49,797 nucleotides of DNA from Chiloscyllium plagiosum (GCF_004010195.1 NC_057751.1:17895768-17945564), one strand, 5' to 3'; positions 12,521-24,547 are shown, counted from the first letter of the stretch. Numbers and translations: made by a program. The notes: a model not told the origin generated them from the sequence alone.

Positions 12521-13509
12521 TTCTGAGAAAATGCGATGTTGTACACTTTAGTCGAATGAACAAGGGATCTGTATTTTTTTCCAGTGCATAAAGCGATATG
12601 AGGACCCTTTGCTTGGTGAAGCACAGAAAATTAACATTGAGGTTCAGTGGGTAACTGCAAAGACAAATGGAATGCTGATAATTATTTCAGAGATAATGGA
12701 TTATAAAATGAGGGACGTTTTTCTAAAATTGTAGAAGGCACAAGTCAAGCTGGAGTTGCAATATTGTCCACAGGTTTTGGCCGCTTATCCACTTTAAAGG
12801 AAAGATAAAGTGGAATTGGACGCAGACCAGAAAATATTCACTCAAATGAATGCTTGTGCAAGTTCCAGTATCGTGAATTGATGTTGGGCGTGCAATTGGA
12901 GGGAAAGACTCAGGAAAGCGTGTGATAAAGCGCAGAGCAGCAGGATTAGAATTCAATGACATAAGGATGGTGTGAGCTGGAAAAGGACTGAAATGAGATG
13001 TCACATGGCACACGAAGCATGAGAAAGAATGGGTGAGGTTGTGAGAGAATAGGATTAACTAATTGTTAACACTGAACGAAGTCCCTCTTGCTCTCTCTTT
13101 TTTCACGAGCTCAGTTGCCCCTCAGCTCTTTACCACTGACATCACTGATCCCACTGATTTTCTGCTTATGGTCCTTAAACTCAACCCTTTCATTCTACCC
13201 TCAACGCCAGTTCCCTCTCGGTCTGCCTATGACCCCTCACTCTCTGCCTCCAGATCAGAGGTCCTGAACCCTTCATACCAGCATGCACTCTCCAGCCCTA
13301 AACCCCGACTTTCAGCATTCATTCTCCCTGGCATTTACCCCAACCCCTCTCTCTGGTCTGACTCCTCACTTTCAGTCTCTGAGTACTTGATCACAGATGT
13401 TAACCCTTGACTGCCCTCTCCCCTGTCTGAAGAAATTGAAGGAGCTGTTCGGCAGGAATCATGGGGCGTGTTCTCTCCCCTCCCCCGCACCCTCTTTCGT
13501 TTCTGGTGT

Positions 13510-13690
13510 TTGTTCACTCTCTGAGGCCCGATCTACTGATCCATCGAGGAAACGACCTTCACAGCACCGTCTGGGGCAATATCTTCCAGCTGCCCTTCAG
13601 ACACATGTAAGACTACCACCTCTGCCTGCTGCTGCCCTTCTTCATCTACAATAGTTTTGAGGTGCTCTTCACTGCATAGGCTTCAGCCTC
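13510..13690 (+). pseudogene. UNC93B1: UNC93B1 pseudo-exon (exon 8 equivalent)
   Basis: LFTL*GPIY*SIEE/DLHSTVWGNIFQLPFRHM*DYHLCLLLPFFIYNSFEVLF/CIGFSL versus VLGLCGAAYRPTEEIDLRSVGWGNIFQLPFKHVRDYRLRHLVPFFIYSGFEVLFACTGIAL. Confidence 0.93.
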
Positions 13691-13779
13691 TTTTTGGGGG
13701 GATTGTTCTTCATTTTTCCGCTCGGATACATAGATCTCCTTATGAGGAGCTGGGAAAGATGGGGTAGTACTCTATGCTT

Positions 13780-14220
13780 TTGTTCGTTCTCTCTTTTTGT
13801 CTTTCTCTTTCTCTTACTCTCACCCTGCCTGCGTCGCTCTTTATTTCACTTTCTGCTTCTCGCTGTCTCTCTCACTGATCCTCTCACTCATTTCGTATCT
13901 GCCTTCCTCTCTGTTTCTTTTTACCTTGTTTCTTTCTTTCTCACTCTCTTTCTCTCTTCCCATCATTCTCTCTTTCTGTTTCCCTCTCTGTTTCTATCTC
14001 TGTCTCTCTATCTCTTTCTTTCTTTGTCTCTGTCTGTGCCTCCCTCTCTCTGCCTCTCTCCCCGTCTCTCTCTCACCTTTTCTATTGTCTACTTCTCAGT
14101 TTCGTTATTTCTCTCTCTATTTCTGTCTCTTTCTCTCTTTTGCTCTGTCTCCTTTCTTTTTCTTTCTCTCTTTGTGTTTCACTCTCTCTCTTTTTCTCCA
14201 CCTCATTCTTTCTCTCTGCA
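13780..14220. repeat. CT-rich polypyrimidine low-complexity tract (intron 8 of the pseudogene)
   Basis: Direct reading. Confidence 0.9.
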
Positions 14221-14293
14221 GGCATTGGGCTCCTTCTGTCGCCCTATCCCTGAATGGTTTCTCTCTAAACTGCATCTGTTTCGAATTTCTCAG

Positions 14294-14569
14294 TTGTACA
14301 GTACTTTTTCGCAAGGGCTGTTACTTCTTGGTGGTATAACTATCGATTATGGAATTTCGGCATCAGTCCTTGCTGCCATCACTCACCATGCTGTGTGTTG
14401 CACGCTCGGTGCCCCTGGTGAGGGACGCTTCTGTCGAGCCAGGTTAATTATGACGCACTTCTACTGGACCACTAACCCAATGGAATGCCTGACTGCCAGC
14501 CTGCTGGAGTCGACGCTGTGGTTGTGCTGTTGGGACTCGACCTGGCCCTGAACAAGACCAGTCTCGCCA
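14294..14569 (+). pseudogene. UNC93B1: UNC93B1 pseudo-exon (exon 9 equivalent)
   Basis: After ttctcAG: LYSTFSQGLLLLGGITIDYGISASV/LTMLCVARSVPLV/LIMTHFYWTTNP/AVVVLLGLDLALNKTSLA versus GYGVCSVGLERLAYLLVAYSLGASA...RPVPLV...FFWAPVP...ALWGVGSALNKTGLS. The donor reads TTGAGT. Confidence 0.85.
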
Positions 14570-14931
14570 TTGAGTACATAGCGGATGGGAGAGAAAGGGG
14601 ATAGTATGGCAACAGACTGGGAGAGGGGCGATGGGGGCAAGAGGATCTGCGGAAATCTTTGGAAATCCGAGGCTAATGGCGAGGTGGGGAATGGAAGAAT
14701 TGGTTGCGGTAGAGACTAGATTTGGGGTGCTGAAAAAGGGAGAGGTGGGGTGCAGGAATGAGGAATTGTGTGGATACGGGTTGAGGAAAAATGTGGGGAC
14801 GGGAGCGTGAAGGCTAAAATAGGGTGTTGGAGAAAACTTTATCCATTCCTGTGTGTGTGTGTCTCTGTGTATGTTTAACAGTGATTCGCTTTACTACTCT
14901 ACCCTCACCCCCTAATCACACTATCCTCCAG

Positions 14932-15035
14932 CTCTCTTTGGAACATTATTGGGGACAAAGAAAGACAGGACTTCATCTTCTCTATCTTCCATCGCAATAT
15001 TCGGAGTGTACCTCTGGTCAGGAGATCACATGAAG
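14932..15035 (+). pseudogene. UNC93B1: UNC93B1 pseudo-exon (exon 10 equivalent)
   Basis: After ctccAG: LFGTLL/DKERQDFIFSIFH/AIFGVYLWSGDHMK versus LLGILYEDKERQDFIFTIYHWWQAVAIFTVYLGSSLHMK. The donor reads TTGAGT. Confidence 0.93.
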
Positions 15036-15194
15036 TTGAGTGTGTCCATCAACCATTAATGTGAGGTCATTGAAGGAGGGTATAAACCTCAAGTTGTACT
15101 TCCCAAAGGCTGGCATGACAGTTAGTCCTTGTGCTACCAGGCTGTTCATATTGAGGGTTTCAGAGCTTTCAAAGAAGTCTGTGTGAACAACTGT

Positions 15195-16035
15195 CTCGGG
15201 GACAGTGCAGCCAAAGCTTTACCCTGCATCTAACCTCGTGCTGTTTTGCCTTGGGATTGTTTGATGCAGACAGTGTAGACAAAGTTTTCAACTGTTTCTA
15301 ACGTCGAGCTTTCAAATTCCTGGGAGCGGTTGATCTGGACAGTGTCGAAGGAGGTTTGCATTCAGTGTAACTTTTAGTTCCAAAGAATAGAACCACCACT
15401 GGTATCCCCAAGCTATCTATCAATGCTGAGAGTGACTGAAATGACACAGTAGAGAGGGCTTTACTCTATCTAACCTGTTGCTGTCCCTATCCTGGGAGTG
15501 CTTGATTGAGACAATGGCGAGGATATTATTGCTTGGCTTAACAGAATGAATAAAGATCGACATTTTACCTTATAACATAATGTCCCTCTTCTGGGAATTC
15601 TATATTGGAACAGTTTTCAAGAAGGTTCACGATGAATCTGACCTCAAGCAATCCCTCTGTGATTGATGAGGACACTGCTGAAGGGGCTTGACTTGCCGTT
15701 TGAATGAGTAGGCAAAGCTTTTTCCTGTATCTAACCCGCTGCTGTGCTAAATCTGGGAATGGTCGTTGGAGACAGTTTCAAAGAAGTGCTAGTTCCAACT
15801 TGCTTTCAGTATAGAAGATCAGATAGAATTTTCGTTTGTTGCTAACTCTATGCTGTCCCAGCTCTGGGAGTACTTGATGGGAACAGTCTTGGGGGAAGTT
15901 TATGAGAGAGGCAGCTCGAATTTCTGGTTAAAAAGTAGAGAGATATTTCATCTCTACTTAACGCAGAGTTACTCTTGTTCTCGGAGTGTTTTCAGGGGAC
16001 AGCATCGAGGGAGTATTGCTCTGGAACTAAACCCA
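15195..16035 (+). repeat. Degenerate tandem repeat of about 65-70 bp in pseudogene intron 10
   Basis: Recurring unit approximating ggacagtgtagagggagctttactctgtatctaacc...tgctgtccct...ctgggagtgtttgat. Confidence 0.75.
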
Positions 16036-16054
16036 ATCACGGTGACATCCCCAG

Positions 16055-16320
16055 GTGAATTTGCTGGTGCTGCGTGACTCTGGCCATTGCCGTCACTTCC
16101 AACCTTTACACTGGGAGCAAGCTGGACGGTGGGTCCCTTTCCATGTGCCGTATGTCTCCACACCCCAGCATGAGGCTATCACGACCTGGAGGATTAGAAT
16201 TCTTAGCAGACCGATGAGGAAGCTGAGATGCAGAGCAACCCCATTGAATCGGAAGTGGATCTGGAGACTCTGGACGCACACGTTTAGCAGTCTGCCAACC
16301 CCGATGTCGCTGATCAGTAA
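16055..16320 (+). pseudogene. UNC93B1: UNC93B1 pseudo-exon (exon 11 equivalent, last coding exon)
   Basis: After cccAG: VNLLVL/VTLAIAVTSNLYTGSKL/WVPFHVPYVSTPQHE/GYHDLED*NS*QTDEEAE versus AKLAVLLVTLVAAAVSYLRMEQKL...PRIPRPQHKVRGYRYLEEDNSDESD. Confidence 0.85.
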
Positions 16321-16559
16321 GACTGAGTGACATTGGCCTTTCGCCCATCACAAACTACTGAACCACATGCTCAATGATTCAATTTTCTTGTGCCAGCTGC
16401 TTAAAACTGTGTCATTCCGAAGTTGTGTACTTCCCTCGCTAAAACTATTCATATGACCTCCCATCTACGCTCACGTCCCCTCCCCTCAACTCCTCAAAGC
16501 CTCCCCAGTCGATCTTGAATTTCACTTTCCACAGTTGACATAGCAGAATTCCATGGAAA

Positions 16560-17125
16560 TGTCGAATCATCGAGCCTTCGAAAAGGACAGAATTGAAACC
16601 GATCATTCAATCCAAATCATCCACACCGACCAGTAATACAAAGTAATTTTAGTCCCATTTGCTAGTATTTGGCCCATATCCCTCTATACCCTTCCTATTC
16701 ATATATCCATTAGGTGCCTTTGAAATGTCGGAATTGTACCAGCTTCTTCCACTTCGTCTGGCAGTTTATTCCACATACAACCCATTCACTGAATTAAAAA
16801 CAGTTGTCTTTTGGCTCCTTTTTAAATCTTTCCTCTCTCAAGTTTACACCTCGACCCTTTGGTTTTGGACTCACCTACGCTGGAATAAAAAAATGTCAAT
16901 ATCCGCAATATTCATGCGTCTCTTGATTGTATAAATTTCTGCAAGGTCATGCCTCAGCCTTTGTTGTTCCAGAGGAAATAGTCCCAGCGAATTGAGCTTC
17001 TACTGATAACTCAAAAACTCTAACTTAGCAAAGTCCATGCACCGCTTGTCTGGACCATTCAAGTTTCACAACATCTTTCTTAAAGCTGAGAGACCAGAAT
17101 TCAATATAATGTTACAAAAGTGGCA
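16560..17125 (-). mobile_element. CR1 LINE 3' fragment
   Basis: Reverse CR1 3' UTR and a degenerate FPLEQQRLRHDL motif. Confidence 0.75.
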
Positions 17126-17379
17126 GCATTCCCACCTGAGTGAAAACGATAAGCAGGTTACCATGAGGGTGGTGTGCATGTTCATGAAACTAGTTTAGGT
17201 CGAGAGTTGGAGAAAGTCTGCCAGCCCTGCTGAGGGAAACCCTGGAAGAAACTCAACAATAACGATATTTAGGTAACTTCCAGTAAGACTCTTGTCAAAG
17301 TTGTTTTTGATCATTGAAGTTAGGTAGATCAGTAAAGGTGTTTCGGCCCTTGATTTTCCACCGACCTGTGAAACCAAGC

Positions 17380-20300
17380 TGAAGCCCATTTAACCTATAC
17401 AACCCCATTTTCATCCATATGTCTAACCAATGTCAAATTAAATGCCGTAAAGTTGGCCAATCTACTACTGTTATAGGCAGTTCCCTGCCCTGCCACTTTC
17501 TGAGAAAAGAAACTACCTCTAACATCTGCCCTACATCTTTCACACCTCAACATAAGGTATTATCCCCTCATGCTAACCATCACCACCGAGGAAAAAAGGT
17601 ACTCTATCTAATCGTCTGGTTGCCTTATTTGTCTTAATTTAGTCAACTCTCAACCTTCTTCTCTCGAGCGAAAACAGCCTCAAGTCCGTCAGCCTTTCCT
17701 TGTCAGACATTCCTTCCATACCAGGCAGCATCCAGTAAATCTTCTCTGCAGCTGTCCCAACGTTTTCCACATCATTCCAGCAATGCAGTGACCTAAACTA
17801 TACACAATACTTCAAGTGTGGCCGCACTAATGTTTTGTACAGCTGCAGTACGACCTCATGGCTCCGAAACTCCATGCCTCTACTAATGAAAGCTAACGCA
17901 CTGTATGCCTTCTTAACAAACCTACAAACGTGGGTTGTAACATTAAGCGATGTATACACGTGGAAACGGATTTCTCTCTGTTCATCGTCACTACCAAGGA
18001 TCTTACCACTAGCCCAGGAATCGTTATTGCAAAGTGAACTACTTTAAATTTTTCTGCATTAAACTCCATATGCCACCTCTCAGCCGTGCTCTGCAGTTTA
18101 TCTACATCTCTCTGTAACTCAGAACATCATTTGGCACTATTCACAACGTTACCAACTTGAGTGACTTCCTCAAATTTACTAACCCATTCTTCTATGCCCT
18201 CATCCAGATCATTTTTAAAAATGGCAAAACAGCAGTGGCCCAAAACAGATCCTTGCTGCCCACCAATATTAACTGAACTCCGGGATGGACATTTTCCATT
18301 GCCCATCAATGTCTGTCTTCATTTCGCCAGCTAAATTCTGATCCAAACCGCTAAACTGCACTCAATCCCATGCCTCGATCTTTTTGTGCAATAGCCTGCC
18401 GTCGGGAACCTTATCAAAAGTCTTAATGAAACCCACATACAGAGGAACCTCGATTATCTGAACGAGATGGGCAGGCAGTATTTCATTAGGATAATTAATT
18501 TTTTTGGATAACTATTTCAATGCCTCTCCTCTGGGTCTATGGAGTTTCCTAAAGTTTCATTTTTGCTAGCTCTGCCGGCCTTGCTACCTCTCTTGGCCTC
18601 ACGGTTAGTTTCTGAGCAGACAGACCCTTGCGTGTAAGTGATCTCCAGCATTGATGCTGCCACGCCCGCTGCTGCTTCACTTCAATGTGATTGACAGAGT
18701 GAACACTTGCTTTGCCCGTTTCCCGTTCAGGAGACTAGGCAGCAGCCCACTGCATAACACTCCCGTCCTCGACGAACCGCATGCGCCCCCAACCCACCGG
18801 GCTGGAATGGAAACGATAGCCGGATGGGACTTGAATAGTAAGACTGCTACTGCCTTTGGACGGTGAGTCTCAAAATAGCATACACACACGCAGCCGCTTA
18901 CACAACTTTTTATCATGTTCCCACTCTCCCCTGGACAGGGCAATGTTGGAGAAATTATCTGGGGAAGGGGGTTTTAGAGTACACCCTTGTGAAGAACTCC
19001 TGGGAGAATGTGGGGAGAGACAGAGAGGGTGAGAGATCAGTAAGTTGGAGATGCTGCCTGAGCTCTCATCGGAGTCCAGGATTGTTTTCAGCAGCATTTT
19101 AATAAGCCAACTTTACTTTTAATCATTGAAACGAAAAACACTATCAGTGTTGCATGACACCTCTTTGATATGTTTCCATCGGGACCTTGAAATCTTCTTT
19201 GGATAATACGAAATTGAGGAAAGTCATATTCTGATAATGGAGCTTCCTCTGTACAACGCATCAACCACTTCATCCTTATGCTCCTATCTGGTCATCTTTG
19301 ACAAGAACAGAATATTTGTGAGATATGATTTACCCTTCACAAAACAGTGTTGAATATCCCTGATCAAACTATTCTATTCGGAATGATTATTAATCCTCTT
19401 CACTAAATCCTTTTCCAATACTTTATCCACAACCAAAGTAAGGCTTACTGGTCTGTAATTGCCATAGTTCTTTCTCCTACCATTCTTGATCAAGGGAACA
19501 CCATTTGCTGTCCTCCATTCTTTTGGTACTGTTCCTGAAGAGAATGACGACATAAATCTCAAAGCTAAAAGAACTGCAATCTCCTCCCTGTCTTTCCAGA
19601 GATTCTGAGGATAAATCACATCTGGCCCAGGGGACTTGTCTATTGTCATACTTCCGGAATTGCTGACACCTCCTCCTCGTGCATGTCAATCCCATCTCGT
19701 CTAGTGGCCTGTATCTCCTTCTTCTCCTCGACAACATTGTCTTTTTTCCCATGTGAATTCTGACTAAATATATTCATTTAGTGTGTGCCCCATCTCCTCT
19801 GACACCACGCATAACTTAATTCTACCATCCTTGCTTGGCGCAAAACTTGCTCCAGTTATTCTTAAATTCCTTTAAAAAAACTATCGAAAGCTTTCGCATT
19901 TTCCTTGATTCTATCTGCCAACGACTTCTCAAATCCCCTCCCGGCTCTTCTTAGCTCTCCCTTTAGGTATTTCCTGGCAAACTTGTAACTCAAAAGCTGC
20001 CTAACTGAGCCTTCACGTCTCATGGTAACACGTGTCTTTTTATCCCTTTTGACAACAGTTTCAGATTCTTTACTAAACCACTGCGCCCTCTCTCGGCAAA
20101 TTGCTCCATGCCTCACAAGTACGTACTTATCAAGGACACGCAATATCCTTTCCTTGTATGAGCTCCATATTTAAATTGTGACTATCCCCTGCAATTTCCT
20201 TCCCCATCCTATGCATCCTAAATCTTGCCTAATCGTATCATAATTGCCTTTCCCCAAAGCTATATCTCTTGCCCTGCAATGCATACCTATCCCTTTCTAT

Positions 20301-20905
20301 CGCTAATGTAAACATAAGTGATTATGGTTACTATCACCAAAGTGCTCACCTACCTCCAAATCTAACACTTGGCTAGGTTCATTATCAAATCTAATGTGGC
20401 CTCGTCCCTTGTTGACCAGTATACATACTTTGTCAGGAAACACTCCTGCACACATTGGACAAAATTGACCCATCAAAATACTCCGGCTATAGTATTCCTT
20501 GTTGATATTTGGAAAGTAAAAGTCCGCCATAACAACTACCACGTCACTCCCGCACCTATCGAGAATGGTCTTGGCTATACTTTCCTCTGCATCTCTGGAA
20601 CTAATCAGAGGCCTAAAACACACGACAGGGTGACCTCTCCTTTCCTGTTTCTAACCTCAGCCCATACCACCTCAGTAGACGAGTTCTCAAACGTCCTTTC
20701 TGCCATCGTATTACTGCCCTTGGTGAACAATGCCCGCACCTCCCCCTCTTTTACCATGCTCTCTGTTCTTATTGAAACATCTAAATCCCGGAACATGCTA
20801 CATTCATTCCCGTCCCTACTCAATCCATGTCTGCGAAATGGCCACAACACCGAAATCCTAGGTGGTAACCCGCACTGCAAGTTCACCTACCTTATTCTGG
20901 AATGC
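17380..20905 (-). mobile_element. Long decayed CR1 ORF2 (endonuclease plus RT), interrupted by a MITE
   Basis: STEVVWAEVRNRKG, VVMADFYFPNI, HFGDSNHN, DKSPGPDVIYP, GNYRPVSLTLVV and QGSVLG motifs. Confidence 0.92.
18440..19251. mobile_element. Non-autonomous Tc1/mariner-superfamily (pogo/Tigger-like) DNA transposon (MITE)
   Basis: Terminal inverted repeats CAGAGGAACCTCGATTATC / GATAATGGAGCTTCCTCTG (2 mismatches) and a TA duplication (18438-18439, 19252-19253). The CR1 is continuous across the site. Confidence 0.88.
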
Positions 20906-20929
20906 TCAAGATTCAGCAATTTAGAAACA

Positions 20930-22020
20930 TATTATGGGCATTCATGTAAAAAGCTAGAATATGAATACATTGTGGTGGACATCTACGAGTTACACTTAAC
21001 ATCGAAACTATTTCTCTTTGAGGGTAACAAGCTTTGTGAAATAATACTGTTGATGTGATATACGCAGATTTCACAGAAAGAGCGCTATACAATATCATAT
21101 ACAGACCATTGAACAAGGTTTTTAGTCGTGGTATAAAACTGACAATGCAGAACATGGAGACAAAACTGGCTGACTCTCAGGAAACAGAATAATCGTCAAT
21201 GGATTTTTTTTTTACCAGAATGGAAGGCTTTTCAGAATTAGAATCCTTACCTTGCAGAAACTGGCCATTCGGGCCAACAGGTCCGCACTGACCCTCAGAG
21301 AGTATCCTATCCATAGCTCTATGTTTCCCCTGATTTACACAACATTGAGCAATATAGGCAATTTAACGTGGCCAATTCACCTAAGCTGCACATCTTTGTG
21401 ACTGTGGACGGAATCCAGAGCACCTGGAGGAAACTCACACGGACACGGGAAGAATGTGCAAGCCCACACAGAGAGTTGCTCAGGTTTGGAGTCGAACTCA
21501 GATTCCTGGCGCTGTGAGGCAGCAGTGCTAATCAATCAGCTACCGCGCCTTCTTAGTATGGAGTCTCCAGTCATGTATGTTTTACAAACTGGATCTTGCT
21601 GTGTAAGTGACTCCTCAACACTTTGTTAATGACACTAAATTTGGGAGAAGACTGAAACGCCAAAAACGAGTTGATAGAGTGCATGAATAGGTAGCAGATG
21701 TCAGACAGTGTGGAGAGGTGTGATCTGATGTATTTTGATGAAAATAACATTCAAAGCCAATACAAATAGCGGTGGCGGGAAACGTGGGGCGGGGCGGGGG
21801 TTACAGTGTTACAGGATGATTTCTATGCACAGATATTTGATGTGAACTGGACAGTTAGAGACAAACTTAAAAATAGCAAGTTGTGTTGTCGAAATTATTA
21901 ACAGGAGAAAGAGAAAGAAAGTGATATGGAAGTTGTAGCAGAAGCTTGTTCGCACTCAGCTGACGTATTTTGTCCAGTTGTGGACGTGTGAGAAAGACCT
22001 AAGACTACACTATAACAGAC
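20930..22020 (+). mobile_element. Old CR1 RT fragment interrupted by a SINE
   Basis: DVIYADFT, FVNDTKFG and QLTYFVQLW remnants. Confidence 0.6.
21237..21550 (-). mobile_element. HE1-type V-SINE, diverged
   Basis: Similar to 4614-4921 across head, V-domain and tail. Confidence 0.88.
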
Positions 22021-22241
22021 CCAAATAATACTGAAATTCGTAGCTTAAGCAGGCTGTGAGTGACAATGTTAAATTTATTTTTGCAAAGCACTTTAACCCA
22101 ACATGTTGGCCACATATTGAAGTGCACGTCTTCTTGTAATAAGTTTGATCAGAGCTTATGGAAGCCATTAGTTTCTTTTATTCTAACTGTACAATCAGTT
22201 TGATGCAGATTGGATGTTTTCAATGCAGGAAGAATCCACAA

Positions 22242-22657
22242 NNNNNNNNNNNNNNNNNNNNNNNNNNNNNNNNNNNNNNNNNNNNNNNNNNNNNNNNNNN
22301 NNNNNNNNNNNNNNNNNNNNNNNNNNNNNNNNNNNNNNNNNNNNNNNNNNNNNNNNNNNNNNNNNNNNNNNNNNNNNNNNNNNNNNNNNNNNNNNNNNNN
22401 NNNNNNNNNNNNNNNNNNNNNNNNNNNNNNNNNNNNNNNNNNNNNNNNNNNNNNNNNNNNNNNNNNNNNNNNNNNNNNNNNNNNNNNNNNNNNNNNNNNN
22501 NNNNNNNNNNNNNNNNNNNNNNNNNNNNNNNNNNNNNNNNNNNNNNNNNNNNNNNNNNNNNNNNNNNNNNNNNNNNNNNNNNNNNNNNNNNNNNNNNNNN
22601 NNNNNNNNNNNNNNNNNNNNNNNNNNNNNNNNNNNNNNNNNNNNNNNNNNNNNNNNN
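22242..22657. other. Assembly gap (416 N)
   Basis: Run of N. Confidence 1.
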
Positions 22658-22882
22658 TGGAGTTTGCACGTTCTCCCCGTGTCTGCGTGGGTTTCCTTCG
22701 GGTACTCCAGTTTCCTCCCACAGTCCAAAAATGTGCAGGTCAGGTGAATTGGCCATGCTAAATTGCCTGTAGTGTTAGGTGAAGGGGTAAATGTAGGGGA
22801 ATGGGTGGGTTGTGCTTCGGCGGGTCGGTGTGGACTTGTTGGGCCGAAGGGCCTCTTTCCACATTGTAAGTAATCTAATCTA
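22658..22882 (+). mobile_element. HE1-type V-SINE, young; 5' part lies in the gap
   Basis: V-domain and (taatc)n tail. Confidence 0.92.
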
Positions 22883-24547
22883 ATTAGTTTCTTTTATTCT
22901 AACTGTACAATCAGTTTGATGCAGATTGGATGTTTCAATGCAGGAAAAATCCACAAGCAGGAGTCGTAATATTTGGATGAAGGGTAAACCTTAGGATAAA
23001 AATAAGGAATAATTTCTTCATCCAGAGATTTGTGAACCTCTGGGTTTCACGCTGACATGTGTGATTGAGGGAAAAAAAAGTGTGTTTTTAAGAAGGAGAA
23101 AGGTATAGCTCCTGTTGCTAAAGGGATCAAAGAACAACGGGGAGAGTATTGAGCTGCATAATTGTAAGGGTGTTTAAATGCCATTTCCTGTTCCTATCCT
23201 CTAATTTTGTTTGTTTCACCAAAGTGCCGCCATCGTACAGCAAAGAAAGTGGAGAAGAAAGCAGGAAGATATGGGCAACTTTGGTACATTTTCTGGCATC
23301 AAGAAAAGTGCTTCAACCGATGAGAAATTAGCTACATGCCTTTTATGAAAACATAATGCGTTCGATATAGTGAAGTGAATGGGGAATCTGGTTCTCACGT
23401 AAATTTGAAAAGGTCATAAATAGGTTTGATAAATGTGATCAAGCGATGAAGTGAACATATATTTCCAAACAAAAATTGCACGATCATCTGCCATGTAAAA
23501 TGTTGCTGCTCAAGTTAAGAATTTGTGGAGTTGCTGATATTTTATCAGCATGGACAGAGGTTTGATTTTAAAAAAAGAAGAAAGTTAAAAGAAATAGTTG
23601 AATCTTGGGTTGTCTAAATGCAGCCACTGAGTTTTAACGGATATTTTCCTAGTATATTTCCCACTCAAAATATTCTTATAAGCTTATTTTTTCCATTTGT
23701 TATCCCATTATGCTTATACATTTGGAATTTAAAAGAGGTATGATTCACGCCACAGAGAGGTAGGTGGATTTATTAATATCTGAGTTAACATTAATATGTG
23801 TATGTATGCCATTGTGATTGCAGCAAACCATAAACCACGTGGAAATGTTGAATATTGGTGATGCTTTAAAATTAATTTTGCATGTGTTTATTATGCAGCA
23901 TGGGATTTCACATAACAGCCATAACAGCAAGACTTATCCTCCCCGCATTCGAGCATTTTAAGGGAAGAACGACAAAATAACACAGAGATCATCAAGTTCT
24001 GATCTGGCATCGATGATTCATCAGGCCCCAATGCACCCCATTACCAATTTCATTAAATTGAAAATAATCTTCGAAGGAATGGAGAACTCAGCTTCAGATA
24101 AGTTGAGCAATTGGATGTGGATCACCAGATAACAGGACTGGTTGTTCCATTGGTGGAAATAGTTAACTAATTAACGAAAACAGAGAGAAGAACGTGGCGC
24201 TCGAAATGTGATACAGCAAGAACTGCTGGATGCATCTGTTCCATCTATCTTTTGTTTTGTTTTCTGTTCCCTTTTACTTTTGGTATTTTCTTTGCATTTT
24301 GTGGCACCTTCGGTGGGGATTCAGTGAGAGTTGGAGACAAGTGGCAGTAACGGCATGTTCCAAGGTTTGGCAGCAACAACATCGAGGAGCAAGTTCAGAG
24401 TGCCAACAGAAGCAAGTTGCCAGAGCCTTCCACAGCGAGTTGCGACAGATTGCAGTGACAGTAGCGCTGATGCTCGAAGCATTGCGAATACAGATAAATT
24501 ACGTTATTCAGCTCGGACGTTTCGATCTGGCCCCTTCCCCTTTCTTC

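Larger units (their letters stand above)
10540..12870 (+). mobile_element. Old CR1 ORF2 fragment with nested SINE and Penelope-derived insertions
   Basis: Degenerate HAFMKGKS, GVP*ESAMGPLLFT and C-terminal CPQVLA remnants. Confidence 0.8.
8124..16320 (+). pseudogene. UNC93B1: Unprocessed, 5'-truncated UNC93B1 pseudogene (six exons matching human exons 6-11)
   Basis: Six collinear exon remnants translate to recognisable UNC93B1 segments with matching order and approximate sizes. They carry stops, frameshifts or deletions, and several splice sites are mutated. Confidence 0.9.

Noticed and set aside
13694..14551. 285-aa and 180-aa hydrophobic ORFs
   Set aside because: They are mostly translation of a CT low-complexity tract; only part overlaps the frameshifted UNC93B1 exon 9 remnant.
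15195..16035. CRISPR-like regular repeats
   Set aside because: These are degenerate head-to-tail units without unique spacers or cas genes, in a vertebrate intron.
17204..17227. ELEKVCQP resembling the HSP70 C-terminal region
   Set aside because: The match is only eight residues and is followed by a stop, with no flanking similarity.
20369..21058. 229-aa plus-strand ORF
   Set aside because: It is mostly antisense to a CR1 endonuclease region and has no independent protein features.
22149..22772. Long ORFs on both strands
   Set aside because: They are artefacts of the N gap.
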